Source of the DNA: a bacterium
Lineage (GTDB): Bacteria > Patescibacteriota > Minisyncoccia > Minisyncoccales > JAGLPU01
NCBI GenBank assembly: GCA_030635055.1
Contig: DAOVZN010000003.1
Coordinates: 4,121-68,120, forward strand
DNA: 64,000 bases
Direction of reading: 5' to 3'
Below are positions 25,730-35,919 of the stretch, one piece after another. The notes below the pieces were generated by a model, which worked only from the letters and a program-made list of their open reading frames with translations, was not told the origin of the DNA and ran no database searches. Within the stretch, counting starts at the first letter, position 1. Every line of letters starts with the position of its first letter. The translations under genes were made by a program, and so were the position numbers.

Positions 25730-27772
25730 ATGATATTTTCATATAACTTCCTGCAATCTTTTTTCAAAGAAAAACTGCCCCAGCCGCAAAAACTGGCCGA
25801 CCTTTTAATAAGGTATAGTTTTGAAGTGGAAAAGATGGAAAAAAGAGGCAATGACTGGCTTCTGGATATTGATGTTCTCTCCAATAGGGCAGCTGACTGT
25901 TTTTCCTATCTAGGAATAGCCAGAGAATGCGCCGCCATTACAGGAATTAAATTGACAATTAAGAAATATAATCTAGTTGAAGATAAAACGATAAAAATCA
26001 AGGATCTGATTACCGTAGAAGTAGAAGACAAGAAAATCTGTTCCCGCTATACGGCCAAGGTTATTAAAGGAATTAAGGTAAAACCTTCTCCTAAATGGCT
26101 CCAACAGAGACTAGAGTCCTGCGGTCTAAGACCTATCAACAATATTGTGGACGCGGCAAACTATATAATGCTGGAGACGGGACAGCCCTTGCATACTTTT
26201 GACCTCGATAAGATAGAATCAATTGCTGTCCGCCAAGCTGTTAAAGGAGAAAAAATCGTTTCTTTGGATAATGAAAAATATGATTTAGACGAAAGTATTT
26301 TGATTATCGCGGATAAGGAGAACCCTTTGGCTATCGCCGGGATCAAGGGAGGAAAAAGCGCGGAGATCAATTCCGAGACTAAAACTATAATTTTAGAAGC
26401 TGCCAACTTTGATTATCAAAGTATCCGAGCAGCTTCCCGCAAATTAAAGCTGAAAACTGACGCTTCTTTGCGTTTTGAGCATGGCTTAGACCCAAACTTA
26501 ACTGAGTTCGCCTTAAAAAGACTTGCCGGCCTGCTTCAAGAGATAGCAGGAGGAAAAGCGGCTAAAGGCATGATCGATCTTTATCCTCAAAAAACTCTGC
26601 CCAAAAGAATTAAATTAGATCTAAGCTACACTCAAAAACTCATAGGGATTGACATAACAGTCAAAGAAATAATTAAAATCTTAAAATCTTTAGAGTTTAA
26701 AGTCATTTCTCAAAATCAAAACAAGGAATTATTAGTGGAAGTTCCCACCTATCGTTTAGATGTTTCTCTTCCCGAGGATCTAATAGAAGAGATTGGACGG
26801 CTTTATGGCTATGAAAACATTGAAGCTGTTCTTCCAACCACTGTTTTGATCCCGCCGAAAAGGAATGAAGAGCTCTTCTGGGAAAATAATATCAAGGATA
26901 TATTAAAAGAGGCCGGATTCAGCGAAGCATATAATTATTCCTTTAATTCCGCTGAACAACTTAGAAATTTTCAATTTCCTCTGGCAAAAAGACCGGAAGT
27001 GAAAAACCCGATGAGCGCTGAACAAAAATATTTAACGCCGAGCTTAATCCCTAATTTATTAAAAAACATAGAAAAAAATCTAGACTATTTTAACGAAATT
27101 AAAATATTTGAACTGGGAAAAACTTTCTCTAAAACAGCGGCTGCTGTGGCAGAGAAGAAAATGCTTACTGCCGTTATCTCCCAAAAAGGCTCTAAGCCCG
27201 AACTGTTTTATGAATTAAAGGGGATAGCTGATTTGTTGCTAAATAATCTGGGAATCACTGATGTTTGGTATGATGAACATCAGCCAACCCCGGAAGAATC
27301 AAAATCTAACATCTGGCATAGCAGAAAATGCGCTGAAATCAAAATAGGCAATAAAGAGATTGGGTTTTTAGGAGAAATATCTCCTGTCTTCTTGGATATT
27401 TTAAAAATAAAGGCAAAGGTAGCTGTTTTTGATCTTGATTTCCAAGCGCTGAAAGAAGCAGCCTTGGAAGAATGCGAATACCGGCCAATTTCCCGTTTTC
27501 CCGCCACAATAAGAGATATAGCCATCTTAGTGCCGAAAACCGCAAAGATCATTGACGTTTTAAATAAAATTAACATTGCCGGAGGAGAGCTGGTGCGCGA
27601 TGTGGATGTCTTTGATGTTTATGAAGGAATCTCCGAGACAAAAAAGAACCTGGCTTTTCATATTGTCTATCAGGCCGATGACAGAACATTGACGGCCAAA
27701 GAAGTGGACCAAATTCAAAATAATATTATAACAGCATTAGAAAAAACCCCGGAATGGGAAGTGCGAAAATAA
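25730..27772 (+). CDS. pheT: phenylalanine--tRNA ligase beta subunit (short form, no N-terminal tRNA-binding domain)
   Basis: B3/4 domain (NNIVDAANYIMLETGQPLHTFD), B5 domain, and C-terminal FDX-ACB-like end (FPATIRDIAILV...FDVYEG...LAFHIVYQADDRTLT). Confidence 0.92.
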   Translation: MIFSYNFLQSFFKEKLPQPQKLADLLIRYSFEVEKMEKRGNDWLLDIDVLSNRAADCFSYLGIARECAAITGIKLTIKKYNLVEDKTIKIKDLITVEVEDKKICSRYTAKVIKGIKVKPSPKWLQQRLESCGLRPINNIVDAANYIMLETGQPLHTFDLDKIESIAVRQAVKGEKIVSLDNEKYDLDESILIIADKENPLAIAGIKGGKSAEINSETKTIILEAANFDYQSIRAASRKLKLKTDASLRFEHGLDPNLTEFALKRLAGLLQEIAGGKAAKGMIDLYPQKTLPKRIKLDLSYTQKLIGIDITVKEIIKILKSLEFKVISQNQNKELLVEVPTYRLDVSLPEDLIEEIGRLYGYENIEAVLPTTVLIPPKRNEELFWENNIKDILKEAGFSEAYNYSFNSAEQLRNFQFPLAKRPEVKNPMSAEQKYLTPSLIPNLLKNIEKNLDYFNEIKIFELGKTFSKTAAAVAEKKMLTAVISQKGSKPELFYELKGIADLLLNNLGITDVWYDEHQPTPEESKSNIWHSRKCAEIKIGNKEIGFLGEISPVFLDILKIKAKVAVFDLDFQALKEAALEECEYRPISRFPATIRDIAILVPKTAKIIDVLNKINIAGGELVRDVDVFDVYEGISETKKNLAFHIVYQADDRTLTAKEVDQIQNNIITALEKTPEWEVRK

Positions 27773-27783
27773 TAAATAAAATT

Positions 27784-28695
27784 ATGGTAAAAGAAAAAAA
27801 AGAATCTTACGGCGCTAAAGATATTCATGTTCTTGAAGGTTTGGAACCGGTCAGAAAAAGACCGGGAATGTATATTGGCTCAACAGGACCCGACGGATTG
27901 CATCATTTAATTTGGGAATGCGCGGATAACTGTTTGGATGAATTCATGGCCGGATACGGCAGCAAAATGGGAATAACTCTGTTTCCCGGTAATAGAGTTA
28001 AAGTAACGGATGATGGCCGCGGAATTCCGGTTGACAAACATCCTCAAACTAAAAAATCCGCTTTGGAGACAGTGATGACAACTCTGCATGCCGGAGCAAA
28101 ATTCGGCAGCAAGGCATACCAAGTTTCCGGAGGGCTTCACGGAGTGGGAGTTTCCGTGGTTTGCGCTTTGTCTAATTACCTCAAAGCTGAAATTTGTAGG
28201 GATGGATTTATACACGCCCAAGAGTATAAAAAAGGAAAACCGGTCGCAAACGTGAAAAAAGGAGAAAAATGCCGCGGGACAGGAACAACGATAATCTTTG
28301 AACCGGATGATGGAATTTTTCAGGAAACAAATTTCAATTATAAGAAGATAGTCAATCACTTGAGACAGCAAGCCTATTTAACCAAGGGGATAAGAATAAA
28401 AATAGACGATAAAAGAAATCCTGAAAAGGAAGAAAGCTATACTTTCTATTTTGAAGGCGGGATAAAATCGTATGTAACTTTTCTGACCAAAGGCTCTATC
28501 CCAAGCCAAGAAAATGTTTTTTACGCCAGTGGTAAAAGCAACGGAGTGTTGGTTGAATGCGCTTTCCAATATACGCAGGAAAGAGAATGCTATGAAGAAA
28601 GTTTTGCTAATAATATCTATACCGGAGAGGGAGGGACCCATCTTACCGGAATGCGCGCCGCTTTAACCAGAACCCTGAACGAATACGCAAAAAAA
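27784..28695 (+). CDS. gyrB: DNA gyrase subunit B, segment 1 (up to the A8 frameshift site)
   Basis: Start at ATG 27784 ([32 protein letters not shown]). GHKL ATPase motifs ([28 protein letters not shown]). The annotated frame stops at 28705-28707 only because of a frame change. Confidence 0.9.
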
Positions 28696-28696
28696 A
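28689..28696 (+). other. A8 homopolymer where the gyrB reading frame shifts by -1
   Basis: GCAAAAAAAATAAC. In the incoming frame it reads A K K I T F stop. After re-reading one A it reads [45 protein letters not shown], which is canonical GyrB. Confidence 0.9.
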
Positions 28697-31040
28697 TAAC
28701 TTTCTAAAAGAAACTGACGAAAACTTAACCGGAGAAGATACCAAAGAAGGACTGACTGTTGTTGTTTCTGTAAAAATAAGAGAGCCTCAATTTGAAGGCC
28801 AGACAAAAGCCAAACTGGGAAACCCGGAAGCCAAAGGAGCAGTGGAACAAATAGTGGCTGAAGGCTTGACTGACTTTTTGGAAAGAAATCCTCAAGACGC
28901 CAAAGCTATTATTAATAGCTGTTTTCTGGCTGCCAAGGCTAGAAAAGCGGCTAAGGCGGCACGGCAAACAGTTTTGAGAAAAGGAGCTTTGGAAGGATTG
29001 ACTCTGCCCGGCAAGCTGTCTGACTGCTCTTCCCGCAACCCGGAAGAATCAGAAATATATCTTGTTGAGGGCGATAGTGCCGGAGGATGTTTTAGCGGAG
29101 AAACAAAAGTTGCTTTAACTGACAACCGCAATTTAACCTTTAAAGAGTTGATTAAAGAAGATGAACAAGGCAAAAAAAACTATTGTTATACTATTAAAAA
29201 TGATGGTTCTGTTGGCATTGAATTGATTAAAAATCCTAGAAAAACAAAAAACAACGTAGAAGTTATCAAAGTGGTATTAGATAATAAAGAAGAGATAATC
29301 TGCACTCCAGACCATAAATTTATGTTAAGAGGAGGGGGTTATAAAATGGCAAAAGACTTAACCGTGGATGATTCTTTGATGCCCTTATACAGAAAACACT
29401 CAAAAATAGGAGGCAAAATAACTATCAAAGGATATGAAATGACTTTTGACCCTTCAAAACATTACTATGTATTCACTCATCTTTTGACAGACCAATATAA
29501 TTTGAAAAAAGAAAAATACAGTAAGAAAGAACAGCAAGCAATCCATCATATTGACTTCAATAAACTCAATAACAAACCGGAAAATATAGTAAGAATGGAT
29601 TCTAAAAAACATAGAAAATTCCATAGCAAATTAATTCAGAAATTAATGTCTAATCCGGCTGTTCAGGAAAAATTAAGAAAAATTCGTCAATCCGAAGAAT
29701 ATAGAGCAAAAGTAAGAGCCACCATGCTTAAGCCGGAAATGCGAAAAATGCTGAGCGATAGAGCCAAAAAACAATGGAAGAGTAAAGAATACAAGGAATA
29801 TATGACTAAAAAATTCCTTGAATTTTATAGAACAAACAAAAAATACAGAGAGAAAAATAATCAGATGCTCAACGAAAGCCAAAAAAAATATTGGAGCATG
29901 GCAGAAAATAGAACAGAACAAGCCAAAAAAGTAAAAAAATATTTTGAGAAAAATCCTGAGAAGAAAAAAGAACTTGCTGAAAAAGCAAAAACACAATGGC
30001 AAAACAAAGAACTGATAATGTGGCGCAGTAAAAAAACTGCAGCGCAATGGACAGCAGAATTCAGAGAAAAAAGAAAAATAGCTTACAATAAAACTTACAA
30101 AGAAAAGGCTTTGAAGTTGATGAAAGAAGTCTCAGAAAGAGAAGGACTTAACGAAAAAGAATATAATAAAGTAAGAATAGAAAAAAACGACAAAACTTTA
30201 TTAAAATACGAGACAATCTGCCAGCGTTTTTTTGGCAATAACGAGAGTAAGTTGAAAGAAGCTGTCTTAAATTACAATCATAAAATAAAGAAAATAGTGA
30301 GAATGAAGGAAAACAGAGATGTTTATGATATTGAGGTTGAAAAAACTCACAATTTTGCCTTGGCTTCTGGACTTTTTGTCCACAATAGTGCTAAGCAAGC
30401 CAGAGACAGAAGATTTCAGGCAATTCTGCCTTTGCGCGGAAAAATATTAAATGTAGAAAAAGCCCGGCTTGACAAAATATTAGGATTTAAAGAAATAAAA
30501 AATCTGGTTATTGCTTTGGGCGCTTCTATCGGCCAAGATTTTAATTTGGAAAAATTAAGATACCACCGCATAGTTATTATGACTGATGCTGATGTTGACG
30601 GAGCCCATATCAGAACTTTATTACTGACTCTTTTCTACCGCTATTTCCAACCGATTGTTGAAAACGGTTATTTATATATCGCTCAACCTCCTTTGTATCG
30701 AATTCAATACGGAAAAAAGGCGCAATATGCTTATACTGACGAAGACAAGGAAGAAATTTTGGGACAAATAGCTAAAACAAAAAAAGAAACTTCTAAAAAA
30801 GATGATGAGGGAAAAATGAGCGGAGTTACTATCCAGCGCTACAAGGGTTTGGGAGAAATGAATCCTGACCAGCTCTGGGAAACCACTATGGACCCTGAAA
30901 ACAGGGTATTCCTGCAGGTTACCGTTGAGAATGCTCAAGAAGCAGATAAAATGTTTGACACTTTAATGGGGGAGGAAGTATTTATGAGAAAGCGCTTTAT
31001 CCAAACCCACGCCAAAACAGTCAAGAACCTTGATATTTAA
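28695..31040 (+). CDS. gyrB: DNA gyrase subunit B, segment 2 (transducer end + Toprim + tail), carrying an intein
   Basis: The frame is open from 28695. [26 protein letters not shown] then the intein then [63 protein letters not shown]. Confidence 0.9.
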   Translation, partial: NNFLKETDENLTGEDTKEGLTVVVSVKIREPQFEGQTKAKLGNPEAKGAVEQIVAEGLTDFLERNPQDAKAIINSCFLAAKARKAAKAARQTVLRKGALEGLTLPGKLSDCSSRNPEESEIYLVEGDSAGGCFSGETKVALTDNRNLTFKELIKEDEQGKKNYCYTIKNDGSVGIELIKNPRKTKNNVEVIKVVLDNKEEIICTPDHKFMLRGGGYKMAKDLTVDDSLMPLYRKHSKIGGKITIKGYEMTFDPSKHYYVFTHLLTDQYNLKKEKYSKKEQQAIHHIDFNKLNNKPENIVRMDSKKHRKFHSKLIQKLMSNPAVQEKLRKIRQSEEYRAKVRATMLKPEMRKMLSDRAKKQWKSKEYKEYMTKKFLEFYRTNKKYREKNNQMLNESQKKYWSMAENRTEQAKKVKKYFEKNPEKKKELAEKAKTQWQNKELIMWRSKKTAAQWTAEFREKRKIAYNKTYKEKALKLMKEVSEREGLNEKEYNKVRIEKNDKTLLKYETICQRFFGNNESKLKEAVLNYNHKIKKIVRMKENRDVYDIEVEKTHNFALASGLFVHNSAKQARDRRFQAILPLRGKILNVEKARLDKILGFKEIKNLVIALGASIGQDFNLEKLRYHRIVIMTDADVDGAHIRTLLLTLFYRYFQPIVENGYLYIAQPPLYRIQYGKKAQYAYTDEDKEEILGQIAKTKKETSKKDDEGKMSGVTIQRYKGLGEMNPDQLWETTMDPENRVFLQVTVENAQEADKMFDTLMGEEVFMRKRFIQTHAKTVKNLDI
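29088..30386 (+). mobile_element. GyrB intein (433 aa) with HNH endonuclease and repeat-rich DNA-binding region
   Basis: Starts with Cys after EGDSAGG ([12 protein letters not shown]). Block B is CTPDHKF. Ends [13 protein letters not shown] followed by Ser+1. HNH motif [29 protein letters not shown]. Splicing blocks are strikingly like my recollection of the Synechocystis GyrB intein at the same site. Confidence 0.88.
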
Positions 31041-31116
31041 GGCGTGTGCTATAATCTAATATTTTAGAATTTTATAAAAGACTTACATTCTATAGAATTT
31101 TATTTCTAAAAAAATT

Positions 31117-33183
31117 ATGAGTTATAAAAAGATCTTTCTTGCTATCGTTATCTGTTTATTTACTTTTAGCGCGCCGTCCGTTGGAGCGATGACATCTGCT
31201 GAAATTCAATCTTTGATTCAGCAGCTGCAAGCTCAAATTGCTCAACTTCAACAGCAACTAGCTGGAGTTTCAGATCAACCGGCAGCTTGGTGCCACGATT
31301 TTAATAAAAATTTAAGAATCGGTGATAGTGGCAATGATGTGCAGGCGCTAGAAAATGCGCTGGCAAAAGAAGGATTTTCTTTGACTGAACATAGTAGCAA
31401 TTTTTCTGCTGTATTTGATGAAAGAATGGCTTCATCCGTAGTCGGGTTTCAAGAAAAATACGCTTCTGAAATTTTATCTTCCTGGGGTTTAAAGCACGGA
31501 ACCGGATATGTTGGAGGCACTACTAGAGACAAACTAAACAAAATTTACGGCTGTGGAGCGGTAGTACCTTTGCCTCCCGTAACGCCAATAACGCCAACTT
31601 GCCACACCACTCCTTTGTGGAATTGGGAGTATTGTTCTCCTGGCTGTCAGTGCATCGCTGGCGAAGGAGATTGCGATACTAACTCTGACTGTATCACTGG
31701 TTATTGCGCCCATGATGTAGGCGCAAAATACGGACAGATTGCCAGAATGGATGTTTGTGAAGAAAAACAGGAAAAATCTCTTACTGTTCTTTCTCCTAAT
31801 GGAGGAGAAAAGTGGATAGCAGGACAGACATATGATATTACTTGGAGTGCACCCGAGGTGGATAAAATCAATATTTTTCTTGTAGATGATAGAGCTGGTC
31901 GCAGCTATCAAGAAATAGCTCTTGAAGTTTCTGCCTCTTTTGGTAAATATTCTTGGGTCATACCTGACGAAATTGGATTAAGCAGCACTCATTCCCCTTG
32001 TTTTAAAATCTGGATTCACGAAATGGCAGGAAAAGCCGGAACTGGGGGGATTACTGACGAATCCAATGACTATTTCAATATTGTTGAGCATGCTGCTCCA
32101 AGCGAAAATCTACCAACATCCAATCTGAATGCTTGGCTTTTGACACATTCTAATATTGCGAACTCAATTAAATGGCAAAATCAGCCTGCCGACAGGACTA
32201 ATGTCTATGTCGCACCTACAGAAAGTGATAAGGTTGCTTGGATAGACTGGACTCAAAGCCAAAAGAACGACCTAGAACAGGCGTATGTTGCCGCCTACGA
32301 CTGGTTGACTAACGGAGCACCAGCTGTACCTGTTGATTATAATGGCCTAACGGATCAGCCCACAAATTTACAAGCCAACATCAATAATGATTCAGTTTCA
32401 GTGTCACAACATGTCAGTTCTGCCTATATGTGGAAGCTTTACATTGATAACATTGGATTTTCTTTAGCTATTGAAATCGCCGAACAAGTGCCCTGGACTA
32501 TAACAACTTATTCTGACGAAGCTTTACGATACTTGTTTGACAGTTCAACAATGGCTTGGAACATATATAACGGAGATCAATATACTATGGGCACCTATTA
32601 TAATAGAGTTCCTCTTCTGCGCTCCAGCAATCTGCCAGAAACTGCATTTGCTCCGGCAATGTGGACCTATGGCTTCATGGAGTCTGCTCATCTGACCAAT
32701 TTAAGTAAGTTGGATACGATTGGCAGTGTTCTTGATTGGATGAGATTGAATATGTCGCACTTTTTTGGCAACCAGAGTTACGGCAATTATGATGCTGTCT
32801 GGCAATACCGCGGTTTTTCGCCACTTTCGAAAATCGTAAATGGCACTGTTGATCGCAATAATCCCGAATATGGCACACAGCATTGGACTGCTGGGTGTCA
32901 TGGAAGTGTCGGTTTTTTAAGCGCTACATTGCGATCGGTTAATATTCCGGTTCAACCAGTTTGGATCTGCGGACATGAGCTTGCTTACTTTATCACAGAA
33001 AATAGATATCTTTCCCATGGCGATGATCCCTACAATCAAAATACCAAAGATGCCCAGACTGCTGGCATATCTCTGCTTATAGATGAGACTACATATAAGA
33101 ATTGGTTTACAAGTGATTCATCGGTGAACATCACGGATTATCAAAGTCCAGCCTGCGCAAATATCGGGCGTGCTTGCGAATAG
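31117..33183 (+). CDS. secreted peptidoglycan-binding / Cys-rich / transglutaminase-like protein
   Basis: Signal peptide. Q-rich coil. PG_binding_1-like GDSGNDVQALENALAKEGF...VVGFQEKY. Cys-rich module CQCIAGEGDCDTNSDCITGYC. Ig-like GGEKWIAGQTYDITW. C-terminal Cys-His-Asp core AGCHGSVGFLSATLRSVNIPV...CGHELAYF...HGDDP. Confidence 0.6.
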   Translation: MSYKKIFLAIVICLFTFSAPSVGAMTSAEIQSLIQQLQAQIAQLQQQLAGVSDQPAAWCHDFNKNLRIGDSGNDVQALENALAKEGFSLTEHSSNFSAVFDERMASSVVGFQEKYASEILSSWGLKHGTGYVGGTTRDKLNKIYGCGAVVPLPPVTPITPTCHTTPLWNWEYCSPGCQCIAGEGDCDTNSDCITGYCAHDVGAKYGQIARMDVCEEKQEKSLTVLSPNGGEKWIAGQTYDITWSAPEVDKINIFLVDDRAGRSYQEIALEVSASFGKYSWVIPDEIGLSSTHSPCFKIWIHEMAGKAGTGGITDESNDYFNIVEHAAPSENLPTSNLNAWLLTHSNIANSIKWQNQPADRTNVYVAPTESDKVAWIDWTQSQKNDLEQAYVAAYDWLTNGAPAVPVDYNGLTDQPTNLQANINNDSVSVSQHVSSAYMWKLYIDNIGFSLAIEIAEQVPWTITTYSDEALRYLFDSSTMAWNIYNGDQYTMGTYYNRVPLLRSSNLPETAFAPAMWTYGFMESAHLTNLSKLDTIGSVLDWMRLNMSHFFGNQSYGNYDAVWQYRGFSPLSKIVNGTVDRNNPEYGTQHWTAGCHGSVGFLSATLRSVNIPVQPVWICGHELAYFITENRYLSHGDDPYNQNTKDAQTAGISLLIDETTYKNWFTSDSSVNITDYQSPACANIGRACE

Positions 33184-33306
33184 AAATAAACAATATCAAG
33201 AATAAAAAAACTAATTTGGCTCGTAAAAAATATGAGCCAAATTTATTGTTGACACCATAGCTCTATTTTGATAGCATAAAACTATATTATTCTAGCTTTT
33301 ACTAGT

Positions 33307-33495
33307 ATGAATTTTCTAAACAAAACTACTGCTTTTTTGAAAGAAGTAAGATTAGAAATGAAAAAAGTTAATTGGCCTACCAAAGATGAAACAATTAAGT
33401 ACACTTTAATTGTGGTAGGAATGTCAACGGCGGTAGCCGCGCTTTTGGGTACGCTTGATTATCTATTTTCAAACATTGTTAAAAAATTACTATAA
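33307..33495 (+). CDS. secE: preprotein translocase subunit SecE
   Basis: 62 aa. FLKEVRLEMKKVNWPTKDETIKYTLIVVGMSTAVAALLG. Precedes nusG. Confidence 0.9.
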   Translation: MNFLNKTTAFLKEVRLEMKKVNWPTKDETIKYTLIVVGMSTAVAALLGTLDYLFSNIVKKLL

Positions 33496-33496
33496 T

Positions 33497-34042
33497 ATGC
33501 CCAAACAACAAATCCAACAAGAAAAAAGGTGGTATGTTCTGCACACTTACTCAGGGTATGAGGAAGCGGTTGCCAAGAATCTTAAACAGCGGATTGAATC
33601 TTTAAGCATGGAAGACAAGATATTTGATGTTATCGTTCCCAAAGAAAAAAAGATTAAAATTAAAAACGGCAAAAGGAAAACCGTTGAAGAAAAGATTTAT
33701 CCCGGATATGTTCTGGTAGAAATGATCGTAACAGACGATTCTTGGTATGTGGTTCGCAATACTCCTAATGTAACCGGATTTGTCGGCGCCGGCATCACGC
33801 CAGTGCCAGTCTCTTCTAATGAAATTGCGACTTTAAAGAAAAGAATGAACATAGAAGAGCCTCAGTACAAGATTGATGTTGACATAGATGACGCAATAAA
33901 AATTATTGACGGTACTTTTAAGGATTATTCCGGCAAGGTTTCCGAAATAGACAGAGACACGGGAAGAATAAAAGTTTTAATTAATATGTTTGGCAGAGAT
34001 ACTCCGGTTGAGTTAGATTCTCTACAAATAAAAAAGATATAA
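33497..34042 (+). CDS. nusG: transcription termination/antitermination factor NusG
   Basis: Start at ATG 33497 ([23 protein letters not shown]). KOW region at the C-terminus. The ORF-track start at 33455 overlaps secE. Confidence 0.93.
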   Translation: MPKQQIQQEKRWYVLHTYSGYEEAVAKNLKQRIESLSMEDKIFDVIVPKEKKIKIKNGKRKTVEEKIYPGYVLVEMIVTDDSWYVVRNTPNVTGFVGAGITPVPVSSNEIATLKKRMNIEEPQYKIDVDIDDAIKIIDGTFKDYSGKVSEIDRDTGRIKVLINMFGRDTPVELDSLQIKKI

Positions 34043-34044
34043 GT

Positions 34045-34470
34045 ATGCCTAAGAAGATCAAAGCTATTGTTAAACTACAAATTCCGGCTGGAAAAGCTAA
34101 CCCGGCTCCTCCTGTAGGACCGGCTTTGGCTCAACATGGCTTGAATATTGCCGAATTTTGCCAAAAATTCAATGACGCCACCAAAGAAAAGATGGGATTT
34201 AAAATTCCTGCTGAAATTACTATCTATGAAGACAGAAGTTATGACTTTATAGTAAAACAGCCCTTAGTGTCCCAGCTTTTAAAAAAGGCTGTTGGTATTG
34301 AAAAAGGCTCTGGAAAGCCAAATAAGACTAAAGTTGGCAAGATCAGCAAAAGCCAGCTTAAAGAAGTTGCTGAAAAGAAAATGCCCGACCTTAACACTGA
34401 TGACATTGAGCAAGCAATGAAAACAGTCGGGGGAACCGCTAAAAACATGGGACTGGAAATTGAAAAATAA
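34045..34470 (+). CDS. rplK: 50S ribosomal protein L11
   Basis: [35 protein letters not shown]. Confidence 0.95.
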   Translation: MPKKIKAIVKLQIPAGKANPAPPVGPALAQHGLNIAEFCQKFNDATKEKMGFKIPAEITIYEDRSYDFIVKQPLVSQLLKKAVGIEKGSGKPNKTKVGKISKSQLKEVAEKKMPDLNTDDIEQAMKTVGGTAKNMGLEIEK

Positions 34471-34986
34471 ATGAGACCCTCAAAAGACCAATACTATTTA
34501 AACATCACTAAAGAAGTTGCCCAAAGGGCAACTTGTTTCAGAATCAAAATCGGAGCCATTATTGTTTGCGGTGATCAAATTATCGCTACAGGCTATAATG
34601 GAGCTCCACGCAAGACCAAGGATTGCCTGGAAAGAGGAGCTTGTTTGCGAGACCAGTTGAAAATCCCTCATGGAGAGAAATATGAAATTTGCCGAAGCTG
34701 TCACGCAGAACAGAATGCCATTATCAATTCAGCCCGCGCCGGAGTGAGTTTATTGGGAGGAGATATGTATATCTGCGGAGAAAAGGAAGAAGGAGAAGCA
34801 GCTAATTCTTTTCCTTGCTATATCTGTAAGAAAATGATTATCAACGCCGGATTGAACAGAGTTATTTGTTCAACTAAGGACGGGGATTATAAGATATTTA
34901 ATGTTGAGGATTGGGTGAAAGACTGGCAGGAAAAAGATGTTTTGGACGATAAATACCAATACGGAAAAGACCAAAATAAAGAATAA
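34471..34986 (+). CDS. dCMP deaminase
   Basis: CMP/dCMP deaminase zinc motifs HAEQNAI and PCYICKKMI. 171 aa. Confidence 0.85.
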   Translation: MRPSKDQYYLNITKEVAQRATCFRIKIGAIIVCGDQIIATGYNGAPRKTKDCLERGACLRDQLKIPHGEKYEICRSCHAEQNAIINSARAGVSLLGGDMYICGEKEEGEAANSFPCYICKKMIINAGLNRVICSTKDGDYKIFNVEDWVKDWQEKDVLDDKYQYGKDQNKE

Positions 34987-35054
34987 ATATTGTTTGACAA
35001 TTGAATCATAAAAGGGGAGGATTAACTTGCCTCTTTTTTTGTCTAAAAATAATT

Positions 35055-35915
35055 ATGAAAGTAATAATAGTAAAACCAAAAATTTGGAACTTCGAAGTGA
35101 TCAAAGGGAAAGACGCTTGGAAAGAAGTAGTTTATTCAGGAAGAGTGAGCGGCATTCCTCCGCAAGTGCCCGATGATTTTATTTTCCAAATGATAGTTGA
35201 TAATGATTATGGCTCGACTTTAGAGCATATCTCTATTAAATTTGACCTTAAAATGACTAAGGGCAATGCGCCTGAGCTACTGGAACACAGAATGATGAGC
35301 CATACCGGATATTCAACCAGATATATTAAAGCTGATCAAGGAATGGATAAAGAAGAAGCGTCTTATGAAATAATTATGCCCTGGCATTTGTTGAAATTAA
35401 ACAAAGACCATCCGCAAAGGCAAGAGTTCAGAAAAGGAGTTTTACAAACAATCGAATCTTATGAAAAATTGATAGAAGCGAAAATTCCTCGAGAATCAGC
35501 GCGCTATACTCTGCCTTTTTGCCAAGCAGTCGGCATTTATCATATTACTATAAACTTAAGGTCTCTGTTGAATCTTCTTTCTTTGCGCCTTTGTGTTAGA
35601 ACCAGCCCGGAATTCCGCTGTCTGACTGCCCAACTCTATTTCTTATTAAACCAACATTTCCCGGCCATGGCCGGACACATTGGCTGCCGTGGCTTTATCA
35701 GAGGAACTTGTCCGGAAAGCGGAGTAACCGGAGTAAGAGCCGGAGAACAAAGCCGCATTTATCCTCCCTGCTTATTTAAAAACAACCAATCCGAAATTTT
35801 TATTCCAACAACCAAAGAACTGAGAAAAGGAATAAATATTTCAGAATTTAATAAAGAAAAAGCCATTCAAGCCCAAGAAGCATATTGTGCTCATTGGGCA
35901 AAGTGGGAAGGATAA
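35055..35915 (+). CDS. thyX: divergent flavin-dependent thymidylate synthase (ThyX-like)
   Basis: Start at ATG 35055. YGSTLEHISIKFDL, then LEHRMMSHTGYSTRY where ThyX has RHRxxSxxxxSxR, then ARYTLPF...NLRSLLNLLSLRLC...EFRCLTAQL. About 70-aa Cys-rich C-terminal extension. Confidence 0.65.
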   Translation: MKVIIVKPKIWNFEVIKGKDAWKEVVYSGRVSGIPPQVPDDFIFQMIVDNDYGSTLEHISIKFDLKMTKGNAPELLEHRMMSHTGYSTRYIKADQGMDKEEASYEIIMPWHLLKLNKDHPQRQEFRKGVLQTIESYEKLIEAKIPRESARYTLPFCQAVGIYHITINLRSLLNLLSLRLCVRTSPEFRCLTAQLYFLLNQHFPAMAGHIGCRGFIRGTCPESGVTGVRAGEQSRIYPPCLFKNNQSEIFIPTTKELRKGINISEFNKEKAIQAQEAYCAHWAKWEG

Positions 35916-35919
35916 ATTT

